Shown piece by piece: positions 24,381 to 38,815 of a DNA stretch of 64,000 nt. The notes below the pieces were generated by a model. It did not search any database and was not told the DNA's origin. It saw only the letters and a list, made by a program, of their open reading frames with translations. This stretch comes from Eledone cirrhosa (lineage: Eukaryota), in the NCBI GenBank assembly GCA_964016885.1, contig OZ024747.1, forward strand, positions 70,618,001 to 70,682,000, given 5' to 3'. Both the position numbers and the translations under genes were made by a program. The stretch's first letter is position 1; the number at the start of each line of letters is the position of its first letter.

Positions 24381-27165
24381 AAAGAAGAAGTGATAAAAAT
24401 GCTATAATGATTGATTATATGAATTAGTGCAAACCTTTAAGATAACCAACTGCAAAATGGCTCAAAGTTTTCTCTATTGATTTGACACACGATTAGATTT
24501 GGACAAATGAAAATATTTGTTTCTTAGTGAAAATATTCTGACAAAATTAAGCCATGGAATTCAATTATACAACTTTAATTTGAACCAGGTATTCACATAC
24601 TGGTTTGAGTTGATCCATTACCCTCTATGTGATGTATCGGGAGTTTCAGGGAAATAATATATAGATGTGTAATTATTTTAATAAATATGCACTGGGAGAA
24701 TATAAGGTTTCTAATGCTATTTCTTCTACTAATTGCCCAATGAATATATGAATGGAAATAATGATAATCACTATTTCTTGCCAAACTACTTTACAAAATT
24801 TTCAAGAGGACAAGATTTAATCCGCAAAATTGTCAACTTCCCTCCAAGACATTCATAAAGATGTGACAATTCTTAATCAGTATAATTCAATTTAAAGTGA
24901 AACTATGTGGTAAGTAGTTAAAAGCAATCTTTCTACTTAGTAGTAACTCACAAAAGTTGTTTGATATTGAACACAAGTATTTTATTGGTATTGCACAAGT
25001 AATTTTGTTTTCCAGTTCATTTAATCCATTTGACAGATTAGAAGTTATTGCTTATAATTCAATATGGTTTTCTGCTTACTTTAACTATGAACTTTTCTTG
25101 AACTAAAATTAAAGTTCTTTTAAATTTCTCTCTAATAATGTGGTCTTGTAGACTATGTCTTAGAAAGAAATAGAAAACTAAAAACAAAACATTTTGGCAG
25201 CTATTGTTGGTAGCTCTATTTAGCTCTGATCAAGTAGATGGAGTTAGTTGAGCAAACAAAGCAATGAATCTATATTTATAACCATGATATCCTAAATTTC
25301 TAGAATTAAAAATATGTGATTCTATTGTGTTGACCAAGTTGAGTTTCATATGCCAGCTTAAGATTTCAATAGTTCATGCTGTTAAGACTCGGGCTAGTTC
25401 AGATCAAGCAGACATTTAATAAAATAGCTTTCTATGCATGACCACACCTGATCTATTCTTATCATATAGCGTTTCTAAAACCACATTATATCAAATATAT
25501 CCTATGTTTCTTGAGATGGCAGGGTATAATTTCTAGGAAATTTTGCTAATATTTCTAGCAAGTCATATATCAACATAGAGGCTCTCTTGGTGCCTCTCAG
25601 AATTTGCAGACAGAGGTATTATTAGCATTTTAAATAGCCAGTTGTTTAGAATGTAGTCATTGCAGTTTAATAGATATTCTATTGAGGAATGATCATTAAC
25701 CTCTCTAAAATGTTCTGCAATACAAATCTTGGCTCTTGGATCCTTTGAAAAGTCTGGTGTTAAGGGAGAGTTTGGAAATGAGAGCTAGTATTAATGTGCT
25801 GGACATCTCTTATCTCAACTCTATACATAGGTGTTAGAAGGCAATAGTTGTTGGCAGCTGTGGTTGAGCAGAAGCTGTCCCCTGCATATATCTATGCAAC
25901 TGAAAATCCCTATCTAGGATCCATACTGTTCATCCCTGCTAAAGGGTGATCTAAAACATGGTGGCCAAAATAATAATTAAATCAGCACACTCATATATTA
26001 CAGGTACAATACCTGTGAGAATAAGTTACTGAACTACTTTTCACGTTGAAATAAGTTCAAATCTCATTAGCTCTATTGCTTTGTGCCCTGAACAAGTAAA
26101 GAACTCATAATGCTTGCTCTGGTATGTCTGACCAAGAAGAAAGAAATCAATTAATATATTTCAGTAAGAGGGCTACCAACTATAAAAAGATCTCCCCAGC
26201 AACAGTATACTTGCATTGAAAATTGATTGTAATATAATATAAGCAGATCTTTCAAACACCTAATTTATACTGATCAAAAATATCTATAGCAGAATTTAAT
26301 CCTAGCAAACACTAGATGAACTTGCCAAGTCAACGTTTTTAAGTACAAAATGATACCATTTATGTTTGTGTGTGGAAGATGCAGGAATTAGACATAGAAA
26401 AAGGTTGTAATGTTAGAATAATAATTACTGTATGGGAATTATTATTTTTTTTATTTAATCCTTTCAAACATACATAGGAAGAATCTGAGTTATTAAAAAA
26501 TGTGTGAAAAGCTTAAGCAACAAGTAAAGATGTATGTTATCTTTAATGATTCCAAATAAATGGTCAGTATTATTGATAGAGAATTTGTTTATTTGTTTTA
26601 GTTTTTATCTCTTTATTTATTATTTTTTTTTGCTTTATTTTTGAGACAGCTTTTCTAGTCAAGTAACAATATCGAAATGACGATAGCATTTGTTAATGTT
26701 TTGAAATATTGAGATAATCAGCAAGTTTATGGTTTTTAAATCTATTGCTTCATGGCCATAAAAATGGAATTATTGCTATCGCCTATGTACTTTGGCCATA
26801 AGTAAGCTGATGACCGAAACATTACAAGCTTCCTTGGAACACTTGGGGATTCATTAATACTGCATTCTTTCTGATTATGCCAAGCAATGCTCTAAAAAGT
26901 ATCAGATAAAGCCAATCAATCCTCTAAGGTTGAAGGTTTGCCAGGAAATACTGCAAGAATTATTGATTTCTATTATTATTATTATTGTTACTGTTGTTGT
27001 TGCTGTTGATTTTATTGTTGTTATTATTCAGTTTCAGATTTTTATTTTATTTTTTATGTGGTCTATGTGAGAGTGTAAGTTTGTGTATGTCAGAACATCT
27101 GTGCACATATGTATATATATGATTAGGAGTGAGTGCATGTATTAAGTATTATATATATAACCATT

Positions 27166-27167
<2 letters not shown>

Positions 27168-27245
<78 letters not shown>

Positions 27246-27323
27246 CATTATATATATATTTATATATATATATACATTTATATATATATAATGTATGTAT
27301 ATATATACATTTATATATATATA

Positions 27324-27391
<68 letters not shown>

Positions 27392-27416
27392 GTATATATA
27401 TATATATATATATATA

Positions 27417-27467
<51 letters not shown>

Positions 27468-27468
27468 G

Positions 27469-27501
<33 letters not shown>

Positions 27502-27511
27502 ATATATATAT
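27168..27511. repeat. Long (TA)n tract with recurrent AATG interruptions
   Basis: Directly visible. Confidence 0.95.
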
Positions 27512-28189
27512 TGAGTGGGTGAGAGGTTCTTTTTGACCACAAATAAATTCTATTTGTAAATAACACTCAGTAGATGCATTGATAATATTTTATCATGTGG
27601 AGTTATGAAAGCTGTTAATGGTTTCTGATCCTTGATATACTTGTAAAATGCACAGGATTAGGAAGAATATTCTCATATGATATGTGTGTGTATGTGCGTG
27701 TATCTATAATAATCCTCCTCCCCCTCCACCATCATTATCATCATCATCAGTACCACCACCACCACCACCATGACCACCACAAACATCATCATCATCACTA
27801 CCACCACCACCATCATCATCATCACCACCATCACTACCATCATTTTATGCCTGTTTCCTAGCTCTCATAAGTTGGATGGATTATGGGCTAGATCTTTTTT
27901 TAATCAGTGCTTCAGTACTTTCAGATATGTTGGAGAACTTTCTTTTGCTCAATACATTCCATTTTTACCATGCTTCCTATGGCTAGATGCCTTTCCTAAC
28001 ACCATAATTTTACAAAGTGTACTGAGTACATTTTATTGTGGCACCAAAACTAAAGAGGTTGCTATGTTCTTGATTAAAGATCTCCGTCTACCATTTTGGT
28101 ATGATTTCTATGGCTGGATCCCATTTCTAAATCTCAATCAGTTTTTAAAATGTCAGGATGTATGTTAATACAGCACCAGAGAGCTTATA

Positions 28190-29000
28190 ATATCCTTGTG
28201 CATTTATTTCTGGCACTTCCCCTGAATAATGAAGTTTCAATCCTCCATCCAAATCTACTGTACCAGAGCCATAGAACTTTGTTGAGGAAAGCCCAACTAT
28301 CCAGTAGCATCCAGCCTGCTCCACTAGTTTCTGCTACTTACCTGTAAGGGCTGTGATGTTCCAGGTTCCAATTGTCAAGGTTTGCTCCCGTCCAAACCAT
28401 CTTTGGGGTCTCATGATATGCAATCTTTGTTCATCCATCCTACAACTTGCAGGCCCATCACCAGTTTTTACGGCTTGAAATGGAAACTGCAGTATATTTA
28501 TCAAACAGGCCCCTCTATCTAAGGCCTAAATGTGGCCGTTGTTAACCTGCATGAATAACGATGCAATATGATTATTTTTCTTACCTCTCACCAGCTTTGG
28601 TGGTCTTACTTGCGCCGGTCACCAATCTGGTACTTTCTCAAATGCCATTGTAGTAGAAGAGTGAGCCAGAGGTAAGAGTGTGTCTGTCCACGATTTATGC
28701 CAATCAAATGAGTGACTTTTCTCTGGATGTGGTCTATAAGGTATATTTATGTGGCAGCAGCACTGTCTCAGGTGTGGGAGCAATATTCCATTATGGGTTT
28801 TACCTGTACATTGTATAGGTCAGAAGTTATTAGGGCTGAAGTATTTTGTGATGCTGAAGAGAAGAGCCACTTCATAAGAAGCAGTCCTAGCTATAACTAG
28901 GATAGGCCTTTTAGTGAAAGTAAGGTCTAGCATTTGGAGTGAATGTGAGGGCTCATCTACTTCTATTTGTATGGCATTCATGCTTATAGGTGGTGAGATT
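28190..29000 (-). mobile_element. Degraded CR1/L2-group LINE 3' fragment
   Basis: Minus strand near 28750-28820 reads LYNVQVKPIMEYCSHT*DSAAA, resembling the LYKAQVRPxMEYCSHxW motif. The 28230-28440 part recurs at ~37380-37610. Confidence 0.6.
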
Positions 29001-29461
29001 CAGTGATGTTTAATTCCATGCACATACATTCAATAGATCAAATGGACAATAACATAAAAATTAATCAGATCTTTCACCGATTTGGTTTCAGTCATTCACC
29101 TGGTCTTCTGTCATACAGGGACAACATATTTAAAAGTTTTGATGATCATAAAGATGCCAGCACTTATTTAAATCTATTACTTATTAATGATCAATGTTGT
29201 TTGCCAAACTATGTTACAGAACAAAAGTAAGAAAACACACTCATTCGTGCATGTGCACACATGAACATACATGCATGCACACACATATACACACACATGC
29301 ATGCACAGAACATATACACACACATGCATAGAACATATACACACATACTGAAAATAAATATGTTTCAAATAATATACATATGCAAAGCTGCAATTATTTT
29401 CCAAGAAATTATCACTGAATCAGTCATCTCTTTCCTAAGCAATATGGGATACTACTGCGTG

Positions 29462-29509
<48 letters not shown>

Positions 29510-29759
29510 TGAATATGGAAGGAAATAAAGGGACGCAAAGACCAAGAAAGACATGGCTGAAGATTATGGTGGAGGAAATAAACCCAGAGGCTGGAGAGGA
29601 GAGATGTAGCTTATACAGCAAAATATCTTTCATCGATTATTTATATGCTTCCATTCGTTTTGACATACCCAACACACATCATACACTTACATGCACACAC
29701 ATACATGTATACATGTACAATCTTTTCTTATGCCTTTTTTATTATTTTATCTAATTTGA

Positions 29760-29953
29760 GGGCAGTGGTTTGACAGGGTTGGTAGAGCGTCAGACACCAT
29801 GCTTTGCAGCATTGAGTTATGGCCCTTTACATTCTGAGTTCAAACCCTGCCGAGGTTAACTATGCCGTTCATCCTTACGGGGTCAATAAAATAAACACCA
29901 GTAATGTACTGGAGTAATTGCTGACCTTGTGCCAAAAAGTAGAAACAATTATT
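29760..29953 (+). mobile_element. tRNA-derived SINE, family 1 (Nin/Deu-like domain)
   Basis: Head GGCAGTGGTTTGACAGGGTTGGTAGAGCGTC, B box GAGTTCAAACCC, then TTCATCCTTACGGGGTCAATAAAAT, tail AGAAACAATTATT. Confidence 0.78.
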
Positions 29954-31307
29954 TTACCTAATTTCATGACTATAACCCACAAAAAAGTACATCAAATTGT
30001 GCCTAATAACAGATCAGATATCATAATCAAAGAAAGGAAATGTTGAATGGTGTGAGGCTAAACAATCCTTTGACAGCTAAACTTATTTGTTAATCTGACT
30101 GAGAATTAAAACCTAAAAAGAATCTTAGTTATGGGAATAAATAGCATTAGACCAGGTATTAGAAAGCTTTTTGTTTGTAGTCCACTAGTTTTTGCAGTAA
30201 TGTGTTCATGACCAAAATAATTTATTTTCACTGCATCAGGTTTAAGATGTTAACAGATACCAGTAGGTGTTTAGTTTGCTTTTAATTCTAAATTTAATTC
30301 CTTCCAATGACTTGGTCCATGTCAGTATTACTCCAGTTGAGGTGTTGTTTAATCAGTTTTATTGAAACCTTTCCAATGATTTCTTGACAAGAATGACAAA
30401 TTCCCAACTGCGAGCAAGATACAAGATTGTTGAGAGACTTGTTCAAAAACTGAAGATGACAGTGTCAATAGTATAGAGGAGCTTCAAATATACAAACCTA
30501 AAGGCTGAGATATTACCTAATGAACTGCACTGTAGAAGTGAAAGGAAAATACAAATAGAGACTTGTCATGTCTCCTAGTACTAATCATCAATGAATTTCA
30601 CACACAAAAAGATGATAATAAATACAACAACTATGATAAAGCCTTCTCACAAAACAAAATAGATAGATACAATAAAATACTTGCTTTAAAAACCAACCAA
30701 AGAGATAATTCTTCTTTTCCTAATATACCTGGAAAACCTGAAAGCTGATGTATGCTATCAGCAGTCATCTCTATGCAAGACAGAATGCAAACCTCTGAGC
30801 AATCATTCAAATATAACTAAACAACAAACTAGAACATACATATACCTGCTGTTTACTTAACTAGGATATTAAAATCTTATAAATAAACATATATGTTCAT
30901 GAATGCATACTCAATATGTTTATGTATAATAAACATACATAAATCTCACTGTGGGTATTTTAAGCTGATATCATAGTCTTAGATCTAATGTGGGTGAACA
31001 TACCAAGCTTTTTTTATTGTGAGGCCTTCTATAAGCAGCACCCTTGGTCTTCAAAAATTCACAGAAATCGGTTAGATCAAAGTAGTAATGTTCATCATGA
31101 ACAACAGCAAGTCAATAACAGCAGGAAAATTATGGAATACAGGGAAAAACCAGAGGGTTGACATTCTAGTAAGAAATCATTGAGTGAAGTTGTTAGTGCT
31201 AGGGTTGAAGCAAGTGACATTCTAAGAAGAATAAACAAAGGAAAAATAAGTACATCAAGTAGATGTAAGGAGTAGTTGTATTTAGCAGATAGCTCCAATG
31301 GTGGTTA

Positions 31308-31502
31308 CTCTTTAGCATTTACATTACTCTATATTTACTATAATATTTTCATAATTATCTCACATAATATCGAATCTATGAGGTTTGATGTTATTTATTT
31401 TGGGAACAATAACTTAACAACAGTATGATTGGTTACAGCCAGTTAGAACAGAAAGAGGTGGGGGAATTCTGGCCAGATACAACCTGTTTAAATGCTAAAG
31501 GG
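31308..31502. mobile_element. MITE with piggyBac-like ends, second copy
   Basis: CTCTTTAGCATTTA ... TAAATGCTAAAGGG|TTAA. Interior is similar to the reverse complement of 2069-2287. Confidence 0.65.
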
Positions 31503-32949
31503 TTAAAAAAGGCAGAGTGAACATAATTATGTCTGTGAGTGAGAATTTAGTTTCAGCAAGTGACATGGTCAACAACTGTTCTAATGTATAAAAATGTGTA
31601 CCTCTTTCAAATCTATGTAGCATAGCAATTTTATGATATCAAGTGAATGAAAATGTGATAGAAAACTGGGTACTATCATACTTCAAGTTGTAAGCCAAGA
31701 AACATTAATCAATAAAAAAAATAGTCATGAAAGCAATAATTGTCTAAATGACAAATCCTGGTAAAAAATAAAAATAAATCCAAGCAGGGAAGAAAACCCT
31801 GAAATTTTCATTAATTGATAATTTTTCATTATGAAATACAGTATGCACTGAGACTGATCTTTACCACTATGATGTCAAATCCACACATGTTTGAGTCTTA
31901 TTAGTCCTCATCAGCAAAACATAAACTAACTCTTGTTACAGATCTATAGCATATTTAGATGATCTAGTTAGTATGCCTGACAGTTAAATATCAAAAATGA
32001 AGAGTTAAGTGAGCTGCTAAGAAAATCAACAAAATTATTTTAGTGTTTTTGAACCCAACTTTTATGAGCAAATAATTCAATATCAATTCAATTCAAACAA
32101 CCTCTGTCTTTAGATTCAAGGGTGCTATATAGTTAGTGCTTTGAGCCCTAAACCTAAATTGAGACTAAACAGACAAACACTTAAGAATCTTACTTCTTTC
32201 AACTTCAAGATGACTATAAGAGACATTGGAATACATAATTCTGATAATAAATATTGAGTGAAATAAAAACAAATTTCTTGAGATAAAACCTATAAATGTT
32301 ATTCCAGAAGGAACGGCCCTTATTTCAAGAAACATAATTGCTTGAAGCTTCTATTTTCCCACAACAGAGTTTTTCTTTCTGTCATTCTTATGAAAGAAAC
32401 ATTTCTTTATTTCAGAGTACCTCAATGATTCAAATGAAGAAGATATTTATTTATTATCCTAATTATATACTTTAAATTTTTTTATTAACTTAACTATCTG
32501 CTATATTTCTTTCTGTTATCAAAAGAATAATTATCTGGTGAAGTGTAAAAGTTTGGAGTTTCTGTTGTATTAGTCATTTGTGAGCATTATGCAAGAAATT
32601 ATTCATTTCCTAAATATTTAACTACATTTTTTGTCTATTGATCATTGGTTTATGATATTTTGTACACTTACAACACCTCTCTCTCTCTCACACAATCTCT
32701 CTCTCACACACACATACTATCATCATTGGAAATATGGGAAAGAATTGCTGTTGTAGTTGAGGAAACATCAGTCAGTTGTGTTAACAGAGTGTCGAAGTGT
32801 GAAGAGGACAACAATAGGATGGGCAGCTGTAAGATTTGTCCACAAAGTCACATTAACTTGAGAATTAGGTACAAATTCTGCTGTCTAGCTTCATAATGGT
32901 GTTTTGGAAAATTTCAGAGATACGCAGGGAAAACAAAAGCAACCAATCT

Positions 32950-33830
32950 CACCCTACCACCACCATTCTGACCACCACCAACAACAACAACAATAACAAG
33001 AACATGAACAACAATAGCTAATCTTTCTTTGCCCTGCTTTGTTTTGCAAATGATTCCATTTCATCTTCCATCACTTTGATATTTTCAATTAGAATACCAC
33101 TCTTACTAACATCATCTACGGCCCCACCAGACATTAGTTTTGCAACAAACACATCAGCAACACCATAAACCACACTACCCCACTACCACCTTCACCACCA
33201 GCTGCTAACACCATCACCTTCATCACCCACACTGTCGTTGACATCACCTGCTAACAAACTCACTGCCCCTTCCCCCTGCAAACATTAGTTATCACAACAA
33301 ACATAATATTATTAAGATCATCATCATCCCCACTACCTCTACTGCCACCAGACTTACCATTATCTGCTAACACCAACAGCATCACTATTTATTTTCAGCT
33401 AACACTTCCAGTCACCACCAGCGTCATTACTTGTGATTATCAAACAGTAGTTATGATAAAACAGCTAGAAGAGAACTACCCACCACCCACCCATCATCAT
33501 AACACCCACTAATTAATGGCACCATCAAAAACAACATTACTAACATTAGAAATACTAACATCACCACCACCACTACCATCATCATCTCCACTCCCACTCT
33601 CACCACCAACATACCACCATTACCACCACCAAAATACCACCATCACCACCACCACTGTCATCACTATCATCAACTCTACCACTACTACCATCATCACCTC
33701 TGCCCCTCTCTCACCACCAACATACCACCATTACCACCACCACAACAACAACAGCAGCACCTCCACCCCATCCCCATCCCCTACAACACCACCACCACCA
33801 CCATCACAGTCACCTGCAACCAACATTATA
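32950..33830. repeat. (CAC/CAT/CAA)n-rich low-complexity tract
   Basis: Degenerate trinucleotide runs that grade into the minisatellite. Confidence 0.8.
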
Positions 33831-34059
33831 TACATCTCTATTGCAGTTGCTATCAACTGCCACCAATGCTGTGTGCATCTTTATTGCAACTCCTAGTGCC
33901 ACTGTCACCTGCCATTACTGTTGTGTGCGCATCTATACTGCAGTCCCTGGCACCACTGTTATCACAGTTGTGTGCAGCCCCAACACCACTGCCATCACAG
34001 TTCTTATGTGCATTACCATTGCATTCCATGCACCACTGCCATCAGAGTTATGTGTACCA

Positions 34060-35491
34060 CTATTGCAGCCCCTAGCATCACTGCCATCTTTACTACCATT
34101 GCAGCCCCTAGCATCACTGCCATCGCTGGTGTTGTATTTACAACCATTGCAGCCCCTAGCATCACTGCCATCACTGGTGTTGTATTTACAACCATTGCAG
34201 CCCCTACTGCCATCACTGGTGTTGTATTTACAACCATTGCAGCCCCTACTACCATCACTGGTGTTGTATTTACAACCATTGCAGCCCCTACTGCCATCGC
34301 TGGTGTTGTATTTACAACCATTGCAGCCCTAGCATCACTGCCATCACTGGTGTTGTATTTACAACCATTGCAGCCCCTAGCATCACTGCCATCACTGGTG
34401 TTGTATTTACTACCATTGCAGCCCCTAGCATCACTGCCATCGCTGGTGTTGTATTTACAACCATTGCAGCCCCTAGCATCACTGCCATCGCTGGTGTTGT
34501 ATTTACTACCATTGCAGCCCCTAGCATCACTGCCATCGCTGGTGTTGTATTTACAACCATTGCAGCCCCTAGCATCACTGCCATCACTGGTGTTGTATTT
34601 ACAACCATTGCAGCCCCTAGCATCACTGCCATCACTGGTGTTGTATTTACAACCATTGCAGCCCTAGCATCACTGCCATCACTGGTGTTGTATTTACAAC
34701 CATTGCAGCCCCTAGCATCACTGCCATCACTGGTGTTGTATTTACAACCATTGCAGCCCCTAGCATCACTGCCATCACTGGTGTTGTATTTACAACCATT
34801 GCAGCCCCTAGCATCACTGCCATCACTGGTGTTGTATTTACAACCATTGCAGCCCTAGCATCACTGCCATCACTGGTGTTGTATTTACAACCATTGCAGC
34901 CCCTAGCATCACTACCATCACTGGTGTTGTATTTACAACCATTGCAGCCCTAGCATCACTGCCATCACTGGTGTTGTATTTACTATCATTGCAGCCCCTA
35001 GCATCACTGCCATCACTGGTGTTGTATTTACAACCATTGCAGCCCCTAGCATCACTGCCATCACTGGTGTTGTATTTACAACCATTGCAGCCCCTACTGC
35101 CATCACTGGTGTTGTATTTACTATCATTGCAGCCCCTAGCATCACTGCCATCACTGGTGTTGTATTTACTATCATTGCAGCCCCTAGCATCACTGCCATC
35201 ACTGGTGTTGTATTTACAACCATTGCAGCCCCTAGCATCACTACCATCACTGGTGTTGTATTTACAACCATTGCAGCCCCTAGCATCACTACCATCACTG
35301 GTGTTGTATTTACAACCATTGCAGCCCCTAGCATCACTACCATCACTGGTGTTGTATTTACAACCATTGCAGCCCCTAGCATCACTACCATCACTGGTGT
35401 TGTATTTACAACCATTGCAGCCCCTACTGCCATCACTGGTGTTGTATTTACAACCATTGCAGCCCCTAGCATCACTACCATCACTGGTGTT
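34060..35491. repeat. 48-bp minisatellite, about 30 units
   Basis: Unit CCATTGCAGCCCCTAGCATCACTGCCATCACTGGTGTTGTATTTACAA, with 42-bp (no GCATCA) and 47-bp variants. Degenerate units flank it on both sides. Confidence 0.97.
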
Positions 35492-36541
35492 CTGTACATC
35501 TGCATTTCAGCCCTTGCACTTCAGCTATCACAGTTGCTATGTGCATCCCCATTGCAGCTCCTGCACCATATCCATCACAATTGCTGTGTGCCTTTCTATT
35601 GCAACCCTTACAGCACTGCCATCTCAGTTTCTGTGTGCATCTCAATTGTATCCCTTGCACCACTGCCATAACAGTTGTTATGTGCATCACCATTGCAGCC
35701 CCTGCACCACTGCCAACTGCCACCAATTCTGTGTGCATCACCAATGTAACTATTATCACCACTGTCAACTGCCACCAATTCTGTGTGTATCACCATTGTA
35801 ACTCTTATCACCATTGTCAACTACCACCAACATAGTGTGCATCTCCAGTACAACCCATAATACCCCTGCCATCACTGAATCTCCATTACAAACTTAGTAA
35901 CACAGCTACCAATCCAAGCCATAACCATAGCTATCATGTCTGCTGCTTCTATAATCCCTACTTTCTCGTATCACTGCTACCAACTAGTAAAAAATGAATG
36001 AAAGACCATTACAAAATTATTTGACTTGACAAAAATAGCAGCTAAACGTCCTGCAACTAACACCCCTCCCCCCCCCCCATCATCTTAAAAAAGATCATGC
36101 TGTATATGGTCCTGGGTTCCTTTGAAATAGGGTAAAGATTGGATGGTCACAGTTGATCATAGGTTTCCTCAGTCATGGATTACTCTAAATATTATTGTCT
36201 TAACAACTGATATTTGCATTCATCAGTCTTCAGTCATCTTTACAAATTGGTCCATTAATTAATCAAATTTTTCTAATATTTTGGCAAGAGGAGAAGGGAA
36301 CATATTTCTTCCCACACCTCCAGTACAATAGAATTGATATATCATCAGAAGAGTAACATTGATACAAACACTTCACTAATTGAAAATACCTGTTACATCA
36401 CATCTAATGCAATAAAGATGGGATAGCAATGGCTAGAAATCTTAATGGAATACAAAATTAATCATTCATATGCATATAATATATATGAAGAAAAAATGAA
36501 GGAAAAAATAAATATATTTTTGTCTATTATTTCCGCTCTAG

Positions 36542-36614
<73 letters not shown>

Positions 36615-37609
36615 CTAGATAACCACTAACAAGTGAGAAACAATTGCATCATCGATTATTTCCCCCTGTTTTTGCTGAAGATGGGTAGGTGGCATTGGTC
36701 ACCACCTTATAATTTATAGCAAAAGTCAATTGTCTTCAAGCAGACCTATAATCAAAGGTAATCCACTTGTGATCATCCTGACTACTTAAAGGTATCTAAT
36801 AATACATTATTAGATGTGTGCATCTATTTTTTAAGATAGTAGGTTATGATATGAGGGACTATTGTCTAGGGACTATAGTTAAGCTTCTTTTGTTTTATTT
36901 ATGCTGCAGGTTTTGTCCAAATGTTTTTCCTGCTATAGTGTAGTTACATATTTCAGTAAACATTAAATACTTAAATACACTAAATCAGTAGGAAAAGGTA
37001 TTATATGCCATGCCATCAAATATAGTACTTAATAATACACTTCTTATATTGTTACCAGAAGGATAGAAAGTAAACTTAATTGATTTTAGATAGTAAAATA
37101 TTGAACAGATTTGTAGCACTCTTCTTTCAGAAATCTCGAATAACCTTCCAAAACTAGATATTATTGTATGCCAGTTCATTGTAATCTTTCATTGTGAGGG
37201 TAGGAAAATACATAGAAAAAATTAAAATTTTTATATAATGAAATAAGTCTAAGCTTCAATATTCAAATCCTCCCTCCCAATGGGATCCAGTCCATAACAC
37301 ATTCAAACAACTGGAGACTTGTGAATATCCCTACACCTATCTGTGCAGTCTTTTGTCATGCCACATCTGAATAGTGGAGTTTCCATCATCCATCCAAATC
37401 TACAGTATCACAGCCATAGAACTTTGTTGAGGAAACCCCAACTATTTGTAGCTGGTAGTATCTGGCCTCCTCCACTAAATCCTGTTCCTTGGCTGTAAAG
37501 TTGTAATGTTCCAGTTATAAGTTGTCATGGTTTGCTCTCTCTGGGGTCTCAGGTTCTATAACATTTATGCTTTCATTCCACACCCCACTGGCTCATCACC
37601 AGTTCTTGC

Positions 37610-38815
37610 AGGAGGTATTTTCTGGCTGACACATGTGTGCTGGTTAGCCTGGATCTCTGTAAAGGCACGTGTACAATGGCAATCAGGAGTCATAATCCCA
37701 ACTTTCAAAAAGAGAGACCAGAGAGATTGCTCCAATTATAAAGAGATCTAAATGTTAAGCCTTCCCTGTTAAGTCTCAGTTAAGTATCTGACAAAGAGAT
37801 GTAAGGATATTGTTGAGTCCAAGCTAGCAGATGAATAATGTGGTCTTAACCCCTGAAGCAGCACAGTTGACTAAATATTCACACTGCAGTAGGTATTTGA
37901 GAAATTGTAAGAGTATTGCCTAGAGGTGCAAGCTTGTTTCATACACCTCACCACCTGTTATGGAAGGTTCTGGAGGATTACAGGATCAATGGACAATTTT
38001 TTGCTGCTCTGATGTCTCTCTACAAATACCCTTGTATTTGTGTTCGGGTAAATGATGCTAAGTCAAAACCATTTTGCATGGGTGTTAGACACTGCCACCT
38101 CTCTTGTTCATAATACTCATGGAGAGGTTTGGCATGCACAGATGGGTTGGAAATGGTGTCATGGCTGAAATTTGCAAATTGCATGGTACTACTTAACTTG
38201 TCTGTAGATGATCTCTAACATGCACTTGATAGGTCTGCTGTCAAGTGTTGCATGGCAGGAATGAAAATAAGTGCTGTGAATATTGAGACACTCATCCTCT
38301 CTTGGAATCCTGCACAATGCAGTCTATATGTGAGTGGAGTTCCACTGAGGTAGGTGAAGAAGTTCAAGTATCTAAGGGCCATGTTTTTGAGTGATGGAAA
38401 GCAGGAGGCTGAATTAAGCATTCAGCCATCAGAAGAAATGTGGTATGTATAAAAGCCAAACTCACTATCTTCAATTCAGTATTCATGCCAGTCTTTATCT
38501 ATCGGCATGAATCTTGGGTAATGATCAAAAGAATATGATTGCTAATACAAGAGATGGTAATGGGTTCCCCAAAGAGTCTTTAGAGTAAAGTTACTTGATC
38601 GAGTGCATAGTCGGAGATCAGAGTGTAACTCCAGGTAAAGCCACTACTTCTCCAAATTGAGAGATCACAGTTCTGATACTTGTGACATATGGTTAGAATG
38701 TTTCAGAAAATAATCACTGGATAGATTTTACAGGCAAAACCAAATTGCAGGAGACCCAAAACCTGCCGGAAGGCATGCTTGAGGACTTTGCTCCCTGACC
38801 CTTCCAGGAATAAGT
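37610..38815 (+). mobile_element. Degraded RTE-clade (Expander/Rex3-like) LINE RT fragment
   Basis: WQSGVIIPTFKKRDQRDCSNYKEI, later VKKFKYLRAMFLSDGK and LIYRHESWVM. Many stops and frameshifts. Confidence 0.8.

Noticed and set aside
26800-26835. CTGATGA-cc-GAAA hammerhead-like words
   Set aside because: No room for stem II and no convincing stems I or III.
31875-31920. Minus-strand CTGATGAGGAC..AAACATGTG
   Set aside because: GAAA and the stems are broken. At best a very old remnant.
33516-35835. Long repetitive ORFs (mucin-like or LQPL repeats) and a CRISPR-like periodicity
   Set aside because: They derive from the 48-bp minisatellite. 47-bp units shift frames, there are no unique spacers or cas genes, and the DNA is eukaryotic.
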